A stretch of 64,000 nt of DNA from Cytophagaceae bacterium (GCA_046290815.1 JBKBUF010000027.1:1-64000), one strand, 5' to 3'; shown: positions 9,105-18,880, counted from the stretch's first letter. A program made the numbers and translations. Notes: generated from the letters alone by a model not told the origin.

Positions 9105-9797
9105 TTAAGAATTTAACTCGAAAGAAATACCTTGCTTTTTGAGCTGAAAATATTTTTCCTTATTAAATCTATATAAATTACCAGGTCGACCAGGTGAGTT
9201 CATTGGTGCCTTTTCATTAAGCTCATCAACAATTCCAAGGCTCATTATTTTCTTTTTAAAATTCCTCCTGTCAATTTCCCGATCAAGAATAATCATATAT
9301 AATTGTTCGAGATCTGAAAATGGAAACTTGTTAGGAAGCAGTTCAAAACCAATAGGCTCATAGGTCATTTTTCCACGTAATCTATCCATAGCTGTTTGTA
9401 ATATTTTTTTATGGTCAAATGCTAGTTTGGGGAGTTTTTTGATATTGAACCAGGAAACGTCTTCAGCATCGGTACTGGCTGTTAATTGGAAGTTCTCAGG
9501 CTTCACTAATCCGAAATAAACAACGCTTATAACTCTTGCCCTAGGATCTCGAATTGGGTCACCAAATGTATAGAGCTGCTCAAGATAATTTATTTTTACT
9601 CCTGTTTCTTCTTGTAATTCTCTATATACTGCATCTTCCAAAGATTCCAGGGTCTTAACAAATCCACCAGGCAAAGCCCATTGATGAATAAAAGGCTCAA
9701 TTTTCCTTTTGATCAATAAAACAGAAACACCACCATCCCTGTTGTAACCGAATACAACCGCATCTACTGTAACCTTAATTTCCTGCTTTATTTTCAT
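9105..9797 (-). CDS. nrtR: Nudix-related transcriptional regulator, NrtR-like (Nudix domain plus a ~90-aa C-terminal winged-helix-like extension). The alternative reading is a plain ADP-ribose pyrophosphatase.
   Basis: The Nudix box is GGFVKTLESLEDAVYRELQEETGV. The C-terminal extension (..FSDLEQLYMIILDREIDRRNFKKKIMSLGIV..) resembles the NrtR DNA-binding domain. The genomic context (nadM-nadV) is the classic NrtR regulon. Confidence 0.6.
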   Translation of the reverse strand: MKIKQEIKVTVDAVVFGYNRDGGVSVLLIKRKIEPFIHQWALPGGFVKTLESLEDAVYRELQEETGVKINYLEQLYTFGDPIRDPRARVISVVYFGLVKPENFQLTASTDAEDVSWFNIKKLPKLAFDHKKILQTAMDRLRGKMTYEPIGFELLPNKFPFSDLEQLYMIILDREIDRRNFKKKIMSLGIVDELNEKAPMNSPGRPGNLYRFNKEKYFQLKKQGISFELNS

Positions 9798-9936
9798 TAC
9801 ATAACTTTGAATTTAAAGTAAATAATATTTTAAATTGTATGCAAAGATCCTTTTAAGATAATTCTTGCTAACAATGAATGCTTACAGTTTTGGCTTTTAG
9901 GTAAAATATAAATTCTGGCTTCCCCAATCAATGATT

Positions 9937-11025
9937 TCATAAATTACTATTTTTTAATAATAAAGAGTATAAATATTCATATTCGTCCTTATCCAATATC
10001 AATTCATTTTTTCTCCTTTCTAAGTACATCAAAGGGGTAAAACCATAGCTGTCTTTTAAATTTGGGTTAATACCGGCGTTTAAAAGTAATTCTATGCACT
10101 TAGTGTAATTACTTTCTCCGTTTAGGAAACTGTTAATTTCGCCAAGTTTTCGTGTGGCAAGATGTAAAGCATTTCTGCCAAGACTATCTACTTTTTTTAT
10201 ATCAGCCCCTGCTACAATTAACTCTTTTAATGCTTTCGAATTGCCTTGAGAAGCTGCAATATGAACCGGGTATTCCTTATAACTTGAAATGTTCGGATCC
10301 GCTCCTTTGTCTATTAATAATCTGATTATTTCCGAGTTTCCGGTTAATGCAGCTAAATGAAGAGCTGTGTATTCATCACTGTCTTCAATCAAACTGAGGT
10401 CTTTTTCCAATAACCACTTTACCAAATTAATGCTGTTTCCTCTTATAGCAGCTTTGATGAGGTCTATATTGGAAGCTGCTATGGAAAGATCTGCTCCATG
10501 TTCCATAAGAAGCTTTACTGCTTCCTCATTGCCTTCAGATAAAGCTAAACTCAGAGCTGTTTCCCCATTTATATTTCTTTCATTGACATTTGCTCCTGCC
10601 AATAACAATGATTCTACTAATTTATGACTGGTTATCCTTTTTCTTAATAAATAGTTAACACTTCCACATGTATGAATTTTGGGAAGTAAAGAAGGTTGTA
10701 AGCTGTCGGAAAAGGAGTTTAATAAAACGGTGTTGCCAAAATTATCTTTAAAATTTATCTTAGCCCCCTTTCTGATTAAAAATAAAACCAGATCAGCATC
10801 ATTTTTACTGCAAGCATAATGTAGAGGAGTCCTTCCGGAATGGTCTCTTATGTTAAGGTTTGCTTTATGTTCTGAAAGCAATTTTATTGCTTCTGAATTT
10901 GCAGTTAGATGTACGGGACATTGGTTGTTTTTATTTTTTTCGTTAATCCGGAGGTTGTTTTTTTCTAAAATTAGTTTGATTAAATCTAAGTTAGCGCTGT
11001 CAAAGTTGTGAATGAGATAGTGCAT
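9937..11025 (-). CDS. Ankyrin-repeat protein, with at least 7 ANK repeats
   Basis: Ankyrin consensus elements recur throughout (TPLHYACSKNDADLVLFLIRKGAKIN, TALHLAALTGNSEIIRLLIDKGADPN and others). The ORF continues upstream in-frame to a TAATAG double stop. Confidence 0.8.
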   Translation of the reverse strand: MHYLIHNFDSANLDLIKLILEKNNLRINEKNKNNQCPVHLTANSEAIKLLSEHKANLNIRDHSGRTPLHYACSKNDADLVLFLIRKGAKINFKDNFGNTVLLNSFSDSLQPSLLPKIHTCGSVNYLLRKRITSHKLVESLLLAGANVNERNINGETALSLALSEGNEEAVKLLMEHGADLSIAASNIDLIKAAIRGNSINLVKWLLEKDLSLIEDSDEYTALHLAALTGNSEIIRLLIDKGADPNISSYKEYPVHIAASQGNSKALKELIVAGADIKKVDSLGRNALHLATRKLGEINSFLNGESNYTKCIELLLNAGINPNLKDSYGFTPLMYLERRKNELILDKDEYEYLYSLLLKNSNL

Positions 11026-11207
11026 GGCAGTATTTCCCGAACTATCAGCAAAATTGACATCAGCACATTTTTCAATAATCTTTCTGCAAGAATGCTATTA
11101 TTATTATTTCGAGAGGCAAGAATGAATTCCATATTTAATTCTTTACCAACCTTGTGTCCGCAAGTACTGCAAAGAAGGATCAGAGAAAATAAGGTTAAAG
11201 GTTTCAT
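10986..11207 (-). pseudogene. Out-of-frame 5' segment encoding the signal peptide (MKPLTLFSLILLCSTCG..) of the ankyrin gene; the frameshift lies at an (AAT)4 tract
   Basis: The 73-aa ORF has a signal peptide and runs through aataataataat. Adding one nucleotide after the tract would join it in-frame to HSCRKIIEKCADVNFADSSGNTAMHYLIHNF..., which is the ankyrin ORF. Confidence 0.4.
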
Positions 11208-11265
11208 TACTGACAGATATTTTGAAAAGAAATATAAAATAGAAAATTTATTTGATTTTTACTTT

Positions 11266-11754
11266 TTAATTACTTCTCCCCTTCTCTAAATTTTCATTCA
11301 TACGTCTAAGCTCAATCAGCAGAGAGTCACATTTTTCATTGTCTCTTTCCTTAAAAAGTAATTTATCCATTATTTTAACTATTAATGAATCCGTAATTAC
11401 AGATGAAGCCTTTTTCCCATTAACCGTATCTCCAGGAGAAATGAAAGTTTGTGAGGCTCCTGAATGAATTTCTAATTGCTTTGATCCTAGCAAATCAGTA
11501 TTGGAGATTAGAAATTCAGAATCATTTGGAATAGTAAGTTCTTGTTTAATTTTTACCCTTGCAATAATGTTATTTTCCCTGTTAAGAGCCATGCCTGTTA
11601 CTTTTCCAACTTCCCAACCATTCAATGTTACCGGGTCATTAACATTTAATCCCTCTGCATGATTAAACTTAACATATATTTCATCTCCTGATGAACAGGA
11701 AAAAAGAAAAATAACCAGAAGTGTCTGAACTAAATTCTTAAAATTCTTTACCAT
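11266..11754 (-). CDS. MCE/MlaD-domain lipoprotein (putative)
   Basis: It has a lipoprotein-type signal peptide (LFSCSS) and a segment VTLNGWEVGKVTGMAL..ARVKIKQEL that resembles the MlaD/MCE fold. The call is low confidence. Confidence 0.45.
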   Translation of the reverse strand: MVKNFKNLVQTLLVIFLFSCSSGDEIYVKFNHAEGLNVNDPVTLNGWEVGKVTGMALNRENNIIARVKIKQELTIPNDSEFLISNTDLLGSKQLEIHSGASQTFISPGDTVNGKKASSVITDSLIVKIMDKLLFKERDNEKCDSLLIELRRMNENLEKGRSN

Positions 11755-11755
11755 A

Positions 11756-12526
11756 TCACCTTAAACTAACTTTACCTTTCTTCGGATCATAAACCACCAC
11801 CAGCGGACTATCACCAAGTGGCATATAAAGAAAATTCGCTTTAACAGATATGGGCTTGTACCAGAAATTATAATCCTGATCATCCTGATTTTCTTTATAC
11901 AAACATATATCATTTTCACATCCTAAGGTATCGCTACAAATAACTACTTCCTGCAGGGTTACATGATAAATATTAGGTGACATCGCACTTCTGCAGGCTG
12001 GCTTTACCTTAACTTCTTTGACTTTCTGACTTAGAATAAGACCAGATTCCCCTAAAGTGCCCAGATAAGCTTTATTGCCCGGATTATTAATTTTGAAAGC
12101 AACCTCTCCTATTTCTCTCATGTTATTCGATTGGTTTCGCAAATCAAAACCTCCACAGCATTCATTGTATGTGAACTGATATTTTCCCGCTTCCTTGATA
12201 TTACAATAGATGGTATCCCACTTTGCAGCAGGCTTAGCTTTAAAAAGTAATGTATCAATTTTGTCAGGATTTGGTATTATTTTAACCGAAGGTAAAGCAT
12301 AAGATAAAGGTTGCCCGTTTAAAATCCATTGCATAGCTTGAAACTCGCGATTGCTTTTGTTCTCGGCTGGAGACAATTGCTCTACTGAAAATTCTGCAAA
12401 CTGCGCATTAACATAGGAAGTATAAAGCAAAATCTGGATTAATAAGAAGAGCCTGAAAAACATTATAGAGAATATTTCAGGTAAGATAAGAAAAAAATAA
12501 CTTCCGCAGAATCTGTTTGTCCTCAA
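11756..12526 (-). CDS. Hypothetical secreted protein, 256 aa
   Basis: An ORF with an N-terminal hydrophobic signal-like region (FFRLFLLIQILLYTSYVNAQ). No family was recognised. Confidence 0.5.
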   Translation of the reverse strand: MRTNRFCGSYFFLILPEIFSIMFFRLFLLIQILLYTSYVNAQFAEFSVEQLSPAENKSNREFQAMQWILNGQPLSYALPSVKIIPNPDKIDTLLFKAKPAAKWDTIYCNIKEAGKYQFTYNECCGGFDLRNQSNNMREIGEVAFKINNPGNKAYLGTLGESGLILSQKVKEVKVKPACRSAMSPNIYHVTLQEVVICSDTLGCENDICLYKENQDDQDYNFWYKPISVKANFLYMPLGDSPLVVVYDPKKGKVSLR

Positions 12527-12580
12527 AAGTCAATCATAATTTCTTTGACTCTATAAGAAGTTTTATTGTACGAAATCTAT

Positions 12581-12620
12581 AAAAAAGCCCCCGCCGGCAG
12601 GGAGTTGCCGGCAGGGCCCC
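12581..12620 (-). terminator. GC-rich rho-independent terminator downstream of the GH5 gene
   Basis: The minus-strand RNA is GGGGCCCUGCCGGCAACUCCCUGCCGGCGGGGGCUUUUUU. It has a GCCGGCA/UGCCGGC stem, extendable with a bulge by CCC/GGG, followed by U6. This is a conspicuous ~75% GC island in an AT-rich genome. Confidence 0.6.
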
Positions 12621-12623
12621 AAA

Positions 12624-14649
12624 TCAGTGTTTCAAAAATCGTTTTACTATTTTGCCCTGATTTGTATTCACCTCTACCAGATAACATCCTGGCTGGAGTT
12701 CTCCGGTAGGTAATTCTATTCTTGCATCGGAAAGGGAAGAAATTTTCTCTTCGAAAATTATATTTCCATTCAATGAAAATATTTTAAGCTCCACCGCATC
12801 GTAACTGCCATTAAAATCAAGGTAACAGTTGTCAGTGGCAGGGTTGGGATACAGGTCTACCGCAGTTGAAGAAAGTGCAGAAGCAGAAGTGATGGTACCT
12901 TCGGAAGCTATGGCAATCCAGTGGATGTTAAATCCTCTTGCAGGAATGCCTAATCCTATAGAGTAATTACCCTGTGGTAAATCCACTACTTTGGAAATGG
13001 TAGTCCAGTTCTGCCAGCCTCCTGTTGCAGGAACATTAAACGTTCCCAGTAAAGTTGCCCCTGCATCTTTCTCCAGCGCAATGACTCCGTTTGAATTCAT
13101 GGATGCCACTCTGAAATACACTCTGTATTTTCCTGTAAATGGTATGTTGACTGCAGGGTAACTCAACCAGTCACCTGCATCGATGTAGCCAACATTGCTG
13201 CCCCCTTCTTTGCAGGGTTCCTTCTCTACGCCTGACATTACATTGTAGGACTCTGCAGCTATTACTTTCAGCGGTTCATATGGCACTATAATCACCGTAC
13301 CGTTTACCTGACTTAAAATGTTAGTGGATGAATTTCCTCCCAAGGGGCGTATGTCTGCCCGCCAGGAGTAGGTCTTTCCTGTTTCGGGAAGGTTTGCAAG
13401 CGAAACTACCACATCCACAGTTTTGCTTCCTTCTATCTCTGTTGTCTTTGATGCTACAATGTTGTTCAGGTTATCGCGCAAGGTTACAACCAGATCTCTT
13501 TTTTCCTTAACTGTGTAATTGACTTGAACGGTATAGGATGTCTTAGGTGTGGTAAGGTTTGGTGATTTCACAAAACTGATTTCTTCTGTTACCTGCCCGT
13601 AATCATATGATCTCAAAATGGATCTTACCACCGAACCTGACCAGGTAAGATTGGAAGCGCTCCATCCACCTGTCGTGCTACCTCCCGGTTTGAGAATGGA
13701 TGCGCCTTCATTTTTATCATTGACACTCCAGTTGCAAGTGCTTAGCTTATTTGATTTGATAAAATTGAACCATGCATTGGTTTCAGCTTCATTCACGCCA
13801 CCGTTACCATCGGCATTTACAGTTCCCCACTCTGTAATGAACACGGCAACTCCTTTATTGAGTGCGCTCTGCACTTTGTCTCTGTACCATTGCCCGTGCG
13901 AACCAGCATAGAAGTGCATAGTATAAGCTATGTTGCTTCTGTTGATCGGGTCGTTGGCTGCCACATCTACATCGGATGACCAGTTGGGCGTACCTACTAC
14001 AATGATGTTGTCTGGGTCAATAGCACGTATCTCATCAATCACCTGAATGGCGTAAGGCTTTATCACACCGCCCCAGGAAACATTTAAGGGTTCATTATAA
14101 ATTTCATAAATGATATTGGGAAGATGTCCGTAGGTACTTGCCATCTCTTTAAAAAATGCGATGGCTTCAGCAGTATTCCACTCCGCATGGTGGCTGTGCC
14201 AATCGATGATCACATACATGTTGTTGGCAATGGCTGCATCTACAACCGTTTTCACTCTGGCTTTATTTGCGTCTTTGAATTGCAGATAGCCTCCGGGATC
14301 TTCCACACCCATCGCCGCTCTTACTATTGCGCAGTTCCAGTCATTTTTCAGCCAGGCCACCACGTCGGCATTGTAGTACTTTTCTCCGCCCCAGCCGTTG
14401 TTTGACCAAAAAAAACTGTTGCCCGCCAGTCCGACTGCCACTCCGTTTTTGTTCACGATTCTGTTTCCACTTACAGATAACGCCCCGTTGATCGACACCA
14501 CCTGGGCAGAAATCAGGTGCATGGAAAACAACAGCACCACCAAAATGAATATAATTTTTAGCCTGAAATCGGGCCCTTCTTTTTTGCGCAGCGAATTTAT
14601 ACCTTGTATAAAACCCCCACCTGTTTTAATCTCTAAATGTGTTTTCATA
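12624..14649 (-). CDS. GH5-family endoglucanase (cellulase) with a C-terminal carbohydrate-binding-like region and a T9SS type-A C-terminal sorting domain. The likely start is the internal Met (MKTHLEIK..), and the ORF is open up to 14918.
   Basis: GH5 catalytic signatures are present: ..IYEIYNEPL.. (acid/base NEP) and ..VFITEWGTV.. (nucleophile). A signal peptide-like segment IFILVVLLFSMHLISAQ follows the internal Met. The C-terminus KIFSLNGNIIFEEK..GCYLVEVNTNQGKIVKRFLKH is typical of a Por/T9SS CTD. Confidence 0.85.
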
Positions 14650-14809
14650 TCAAAAAAGTTATATTTAATGTGTGTTAAGTGACAAAATACTACACAAAAA
14701 GGAGAGCGCGGCACGAGGTTGGCTTGATTAAGTATAAAAAATTCTAAAATAAACACTAAATTTAGATGGTTTATACGCTTTAGTAAATGACTGATATTTA
14801 AATAATTGT

Positions 14810-16630
14810 TTGATGAGGAGGTATTGGATAGCGCTGGTTTTATACGCATTAGTCCTTTCGTGCTACGGTATGGATACTTTATCGGTCTACCGTGCCCGTG
14901 AGATGGAGATATTTGCACCTTTCCTCAAGTATCGGATAACTAGAGCGAAGGATGCCGTCTGGGAAAAAATCAGTCGTGACAAGGTGATGGTAAACCCCGG
15001 TGACATTTTTCACGCCGAGGCTTTGTTCAGGCCTGAGACTGATGCGGCTTTGGTTTTCGAATGGGCTGACAATAAGATTGAATTTTTAAAAGCCGGCATA
15101 GTCAATACTAAAGGTGATACCTGTGCCCATCTATTCTTCGATGATACCGAAGGTTATAACAACCAACTTTTCGTCAAAAATCATGTGATGGTTTTTCAGC
15201 GTCCAGTTGCTGGCGAAACCTATAGACTGCTTTATAAATTAAAAGCCCACAATCCTGTATATGCCATGTGCTGGATAAGCGATATGGATATATTTATAAA
15301 AAGATTTATCAGAGAGTACACCTGGTACGGCATCTTCTCCGGTATGATCATGATTATTTTTTCATTGAATGCACTGTTTTATATTATTCTCCGGGATAAA
15401 ACATTTTTATGGTATGCGCTATATACAATTGCTCTCGGAATTTTTCACTGGTCGTACACAGGTGTAGGTTTTCAATGGCTGTGGCCTGACTTACCGATCT
15501 GGAATCGTTATGCCTATATGTATGCTTCGTTCTTTATGTTGAGCATGCAGTTCATATACTTCCGTTATTACATAAAAAATTTGAATTTCCTCAACGAGTG
15601 GTATATCATCAGCATCATTGTTGCACGACTGGCCATACTTATGATTTCTATTTTCAGTCCGGACTTCAGGGAATGGTTTTTTCTTTCAGACTTTTTTACC
15701 TTTTCATATCTCCTGTTTCTACAAATAAAAATTAAGCTCTATGAAACACTGCATGGAAAAATGTTTATCACTTCTGTAAGTCTTCTGCTCTCTTCATACC
15801 TGATATTCATACTTGCCTTTTACCACATTATCCCTAATAGTGTATGGGCATACAATTCACTGGCAGTAGGCGGCTCATTGGAATTGTTGGTAGGATTACT
15901 TGCCCTTGCCTTGCGCTACAAATACCTGGGCGATGAAAAAGATAAGCTGAAACAATCAGAGATAAGTTCGCTTACCAAAATATCCTCTTTGAAAGATCAG
16001 CTGATTTATGAAACCAAAGAAAAAGCGCGCATACAAAAAGAAATAAATAAAGAACTTGAAATTAAAATTGCTGAGCGCACAATAGAACTTGCAAAGAAGA
16101 ATGAAGACCTGGAAGCTCTAAATAAAAAACTGAATGAAATCAGCAAGACATTGGACAAACAGAACTGGTCATTGAATAAAGAACTCAGAAGCGACAGGAT
16201 TACGTTAATGTGGGGGAAAAACATCAGCTTTTCTGAATTCACCAGATCCTTCCCGGCCGAGGATCATGTATTGCGTTTTATTGCAGACTTAAAATGGGAA
16301 GATGGCTACAGTTGTAAAAAATGCGGCAGCAGCGACTGGACAGCCGGCATACAATTTCAGGCCAGGAAGTGCAATAGTTGTAAATACGAAGAATCAGTTA
16401 CTGCCAATACTTTATTTCATGGTGTAAAATTCCCGCTTATAAAGGCACTGTATATTAGTCTTGCAACTGTGATTAATAGGGAAAACATATCCGTGAGGCA
16501 AATTGCATCAGAAATAGAATTAAGAGAAGCCACGGTTTGGACCTTCAGAAAAAAAACATTGGACAAAATAGCCAGTGCAACTAATAATCAGGGGGAGATA
16601 TTGAAGTGTTTTGTCAGGATGGAGATTTAA
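14810..16630 (+). CDS. 7TM-DISM-type membrane receptor fused, via a coiled coil, to an IS1595-family transposase-type zinc-ribbon/HTH domain. It is a putative membrane-anchored one-component transcription factor.
   Basis: The architecture is a signal peptide, a ~170-aa extracytoplasmic domain, seven hydrophobic helices (residues ~180-390), a ~100-aa coiled coil, and a C-terminus LRFIADLKWEDGYSCKKCGSSDWTAGIQFQARKCNSCKYEESVTANTLFHGVKFPLIKALYISL.. The C-terminus matches the Zn_Tnp_IS1595 N-terminal domain (CxxC...CxxC plus HTH). There is no DDE catalytic domain. Confidence 0.7.
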   Translation: MMRRYWIALVLYALVLSCYGMDTLSVYRAREMEIFAPFLKYRITRAKDAVWEKISRDKVMVNPGDIFHAEALFRPETDAALVFEWADNKIEFLKAGIVNTKGDTCAHLFFDDTEGYNNQLFVKNHVMVFQRPVAGETYRLLYKLKAHNPVYAMCWISDMDIFIKRFIREYTWYGIFSGMIMIIFSLNALFYIILRDKTFLWYALYTIALGIFHWSYTGVGFQWLWPDLPIWNRYAYMYASFFMLSMQFIYFRYYIKNLNFLNEWYIISIIVARLAILMISIFSPDFREWFFLSDFFTFSYLLFLQIKIKLYETLHGKMFITSVSLLLSSYLIFILAFYHIIPNSVWAYNSLAVGGSLELLVGLLALALRYKYLGDEKDKLKQSEISSLTKISSLKDQLIYETKEKARIQKEINKELEIKIAERTIELAKKNEDLEALNKKLNEISKTLDKQNWSLNKELRSDRITLMWGKNISFSEFTRSFPAEDHVLRFIADLKWEDGYSCKKCGSSDWTAGIQFQARKCNSCKYEESVTANTLFHGVKFPLIKALYISLATVINRENISVRQIASEIELREATVWTFRKKTLDKIASATNNQGEILKCFVRMEI

Positions 16631-16632
16631 CT

Positions 16633-17571
16633 TTAAAACCTCAATCTATATTCCAAACTAACTATCAGACTCCTTGTAAGTCCATCAGGTCTTGCCTTTC
16701 TCGCCAAAAATGGTGTCCCAATATTAAATTGAAATGAATTATTATCATTAATGATATAATCAATAAAAAAATTTCCATTTAAAGTTAAACCTTGCGAACC
16801 TTTAATCTCCCTTTGAATGCCGGCACTGTCTGTAAACCTGTCATCTGAAATATGATAGATGGGCAATAATCCAGGAGTAACTTTAAATTTATTAGTAAGC
16901 TTAACAGGATAAGACATTCTTAACAGAATATCACCGCTACGGATATAATTTTTAGTGGACTGAAAATTTCTCAATGGGAAATCAATCGGATAATCCTCTG
17001 CAATAAATTCATTGTTATTTTGAGTCAATGGTTGCTGAAAGGCGAGCATCAGTTGCAGTCCTTTAATTTCATATCCTAATCCACCTATCAAATCAATGGT
17101 ACCAAGGCTTGATTGATAATCCATGGGCAAAGAAATGTTGTTGATCTTTCTGTTAGCATTTGTCAATGGAATTTTCGAACCTAAAATTATCCTGATCTTG
17201 TTATCCATTTTATAATTCCCTATCAGGAAAACATCTCCTAAACCGAAAGTATTAATATTATTACCTGTTTGTCCCAGGGTAGTAAGCTTTATATCGACTC
17301 TAAACCTGTTAGAAAAAGAATAAATGTATTCCAGATAATTACCCCAAACCACAACCGAATTATCTGCCTTCCCATAAAAAGCACCTAGTTTTATCTGACT
17401 ACCTCCTTTAGTCGTACTATCTGTAATGGGTTTAATACCACCAATAGTACAAAAACCAGCATCACTACATCCCTGACTAAAAACATCCTTGCCTGATATG
17501 ATTATAAGAATAAATAAAATAAGCCATACAAATCGAAACTTAATTTTTATCATTTCAAGGTTCATTAACAA
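16633..17571 (-). CDS. Putative outer-membrane beta-barrel protein, 312 aa
   Basis: It has a signal peptide, alternating amphipathic beta-like segments, and a C-terminal ..SLEYRLRF aromatic terminus typical of OM beta-barrels. Confidence 0.5.
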   Translation of the reverse strand: MLMNLEMIKIKFRFVWLILFILIIISGKDVFSQGCSDAGFCTIGGIKPITDSTTKGGSQIKLGAFYGKADNSVVVWGNYLEYIYSFSNRFRVDIKLTTLGQTGNNINTFGLGDVFLIGNYKMDNKIRIILGSKIPLTNANRKINNISLPMDYQSSLGTIDLIGGLGYEIKGLQLMLAFQQPLTQNNNEFIAEDYPIDFPLRNFQSTKNYIRSGDILLRMSYPVKLTNKFKVTPGLLPIYHISDDRFTDSAGIQREIKGSQGLTLNGNFFIDYIINDNNSFQFNIGTPFLARKARPDGLTRSLIVSLEYRLRF

Positions 17572-17573
17572 TT

Positions 17574-18254
17574 TTACTCTTCTTTATATATATCAAATTC
17601 ATCAAACTTCAGCACACCAAAATCTTTCTTTGTAAGAATTTTTGTGGTGACCTTTTCCGGATCGCCGGTATGAAAACTTTCATGTCCGTCTTTATGCAGA
17701 TACCAGTAATTGTCTTCGGGTGAATATTTGTAGGTGATGATCCTTGTCCATCTCCAGGCGCTGCCGCCATGATGTTCCACGGAAAAATATCCTTTTTTTA
17801 TGGTGATACTCATATATGGATCTCCCATCATACCGCCACAATCGATGCAATAAACAGTATTTTCGTTTTTAGCTGCCAGCTTAAAAGTATTATCTGCCTG
17901 ACCTATCAGGATAAGCAAAGGCCTCTTTGCAGGATTTTCACTAACATCTGAAGTGGTTTCCTCGTCATTTCTTTTTAATACAAGAATCATATCCGGAATG
18001 GTATCAAGGTTAAGATCACCTGTGGCAGTGTCAAGCACAAGGTAATTTTCCGGAACAAACTTCATAAGGCTGCCGGATAAACCCTGTACAGTTTCTTTAT
18101 ATGGTACATGAGAGAAACCTGATGGTAGTGTTGTGGAATCAACTGCCGCTTCTTCTGTTACTACAACTTCTTCAGTCTGGTCTTTTGATGATTGTTTGCA
18201 GGAGAAACAGAATACTATAAAAAAAAGAGGGAGAATTAATAATTTACTGTTCAT
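17574..18254 (-). CDS. Hypothetical lipoprotein, 226 aa
   Basis: A lipoprotein signal peptide (..FCFSCKQSS) is present. The gene is 2 bp upstream of the OM protein gene and 14 bp downstream of a small membrane protein gene. Confidence 0.55.
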   Translation of the reverse strand: MNSKLLILPLFFIVFCFSCKQSSKDQTEEVVVTEEAAVDSTTLPSGFSHVPYKETVQGLSGSLMKFVPENYLVLDTATGDLNLDTIPDMILVLKRNDEETTSDVSENPAKRPLLILIGQADNTFKLAAKNENTVYCIDCGGMMGDPYMSITIKKGYFSVEHHGGSAWRWTRIITYKYSPEDNYWYLHKDGHESFHTGDPEKVTTKILTKKDFGVLKFDEFDIYKEE

Positions 18255-18268
18255 TGGTGTATAAATAT

Positions 18269-18688
18269 TCAGTGTTCAGATACTTTATTACGATGCGGTT
18301 TCAGCTTATAAAAAAACAAGGTTAAAAGTCCAAGCAGTAAAATTATCACTGCATACTTTAAAAGTAGTTCTTTTCTGAAGGATGTTGAAATAATATATTC
18401 ACGCTCCATTGCAATCAATTCCCATAAAATCAAGGTATAAATTTTATACGCACTAAAAAAAATGACTGCGCCAAATAAGAAGATCCAGACCATCTTATTA
18501 TTAAATACAATCTGAAAAAGCATTAGAATTAAAGGTATGTAAATGATATACCAATTCTTGATACCAAGAAATGCTACCGAATTCCAGCAACAAAAAATAT
18601 CATTACGCCACAAATACAACCATAATAAAACTATGGTGGCATAGTAACACCTTTGAAAAATATCAGAAAATATCCGATCTGATAGCAC
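18269..18688 (-). CDS. Hypothetical small integral membrane protein, 139 aa
   Basis: Four hydrophobic helices are predicted. The gene is tightly linked to the downstream lipoprotein gene. Confidence 0.45.
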   Translation of the reverse strand: MLSDRIFSDIFQRCYYATIVLLWLYLWRNDIFCCWNSVAFLGIKNWYIIYIPLILMLFQIVFNNKMVWIFLFGAVIFFSAYKIYTLILWELIAMEREYIISTSFRKELLLKYAVIILLLGLLTLFFYKLKPHRNKVSEH

Positions 18689-18852
18689 GGAATTTTAATT
18701 CAGTTAGATTGTACGAAAAGGAATCAGATTGCTTCGGCATTACATATAGAATCATTAAATAAATAATTCAACACAATTCCTCTTTCAACCTTTATCACTT
18801 GCCCCGCAAAGACGGTTAATTTTATCGCCCACTCCTCATTCATCATTCACCA

Positions 18853-18880
18853 TTTATCATTTATCATTTATCATTTATCG
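18853..18880. repeat. Heptanucleotide tandem repeat (CATTTAT)4 spanning the stop codon of the 1631-aa gene
   Basis: The sequence catttatcatttatcatttatcatttatc is read directly from the window. Confidence 0.8.

Noticed and set aside
6582-9797. Phage-derived NAD+ reconstitution (NARP2-like) anti-defence module
   Set aside because: The NAMPT plus NMNAT-Nudix pair matches the enzymology. However, the genes are under an NrtR-like regulator with a palindromic operator, and no phage structural, integrase or defence genes are adjacent. A chromosomal housekeeping salvage operon is the simpler reading.
16280-16630. IS1595-family insertion sequence, suggested by the transposase zinc-ribbon domain
   Set aside because: Only the N-terminal Zn-ribbon/HTH module is present. 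It is fused in-frame to a 7TM receptor. No DDE catalytic domain or terminal inverted repeats were found, so it is interpreted as a domesticated domain and not a mobile element.
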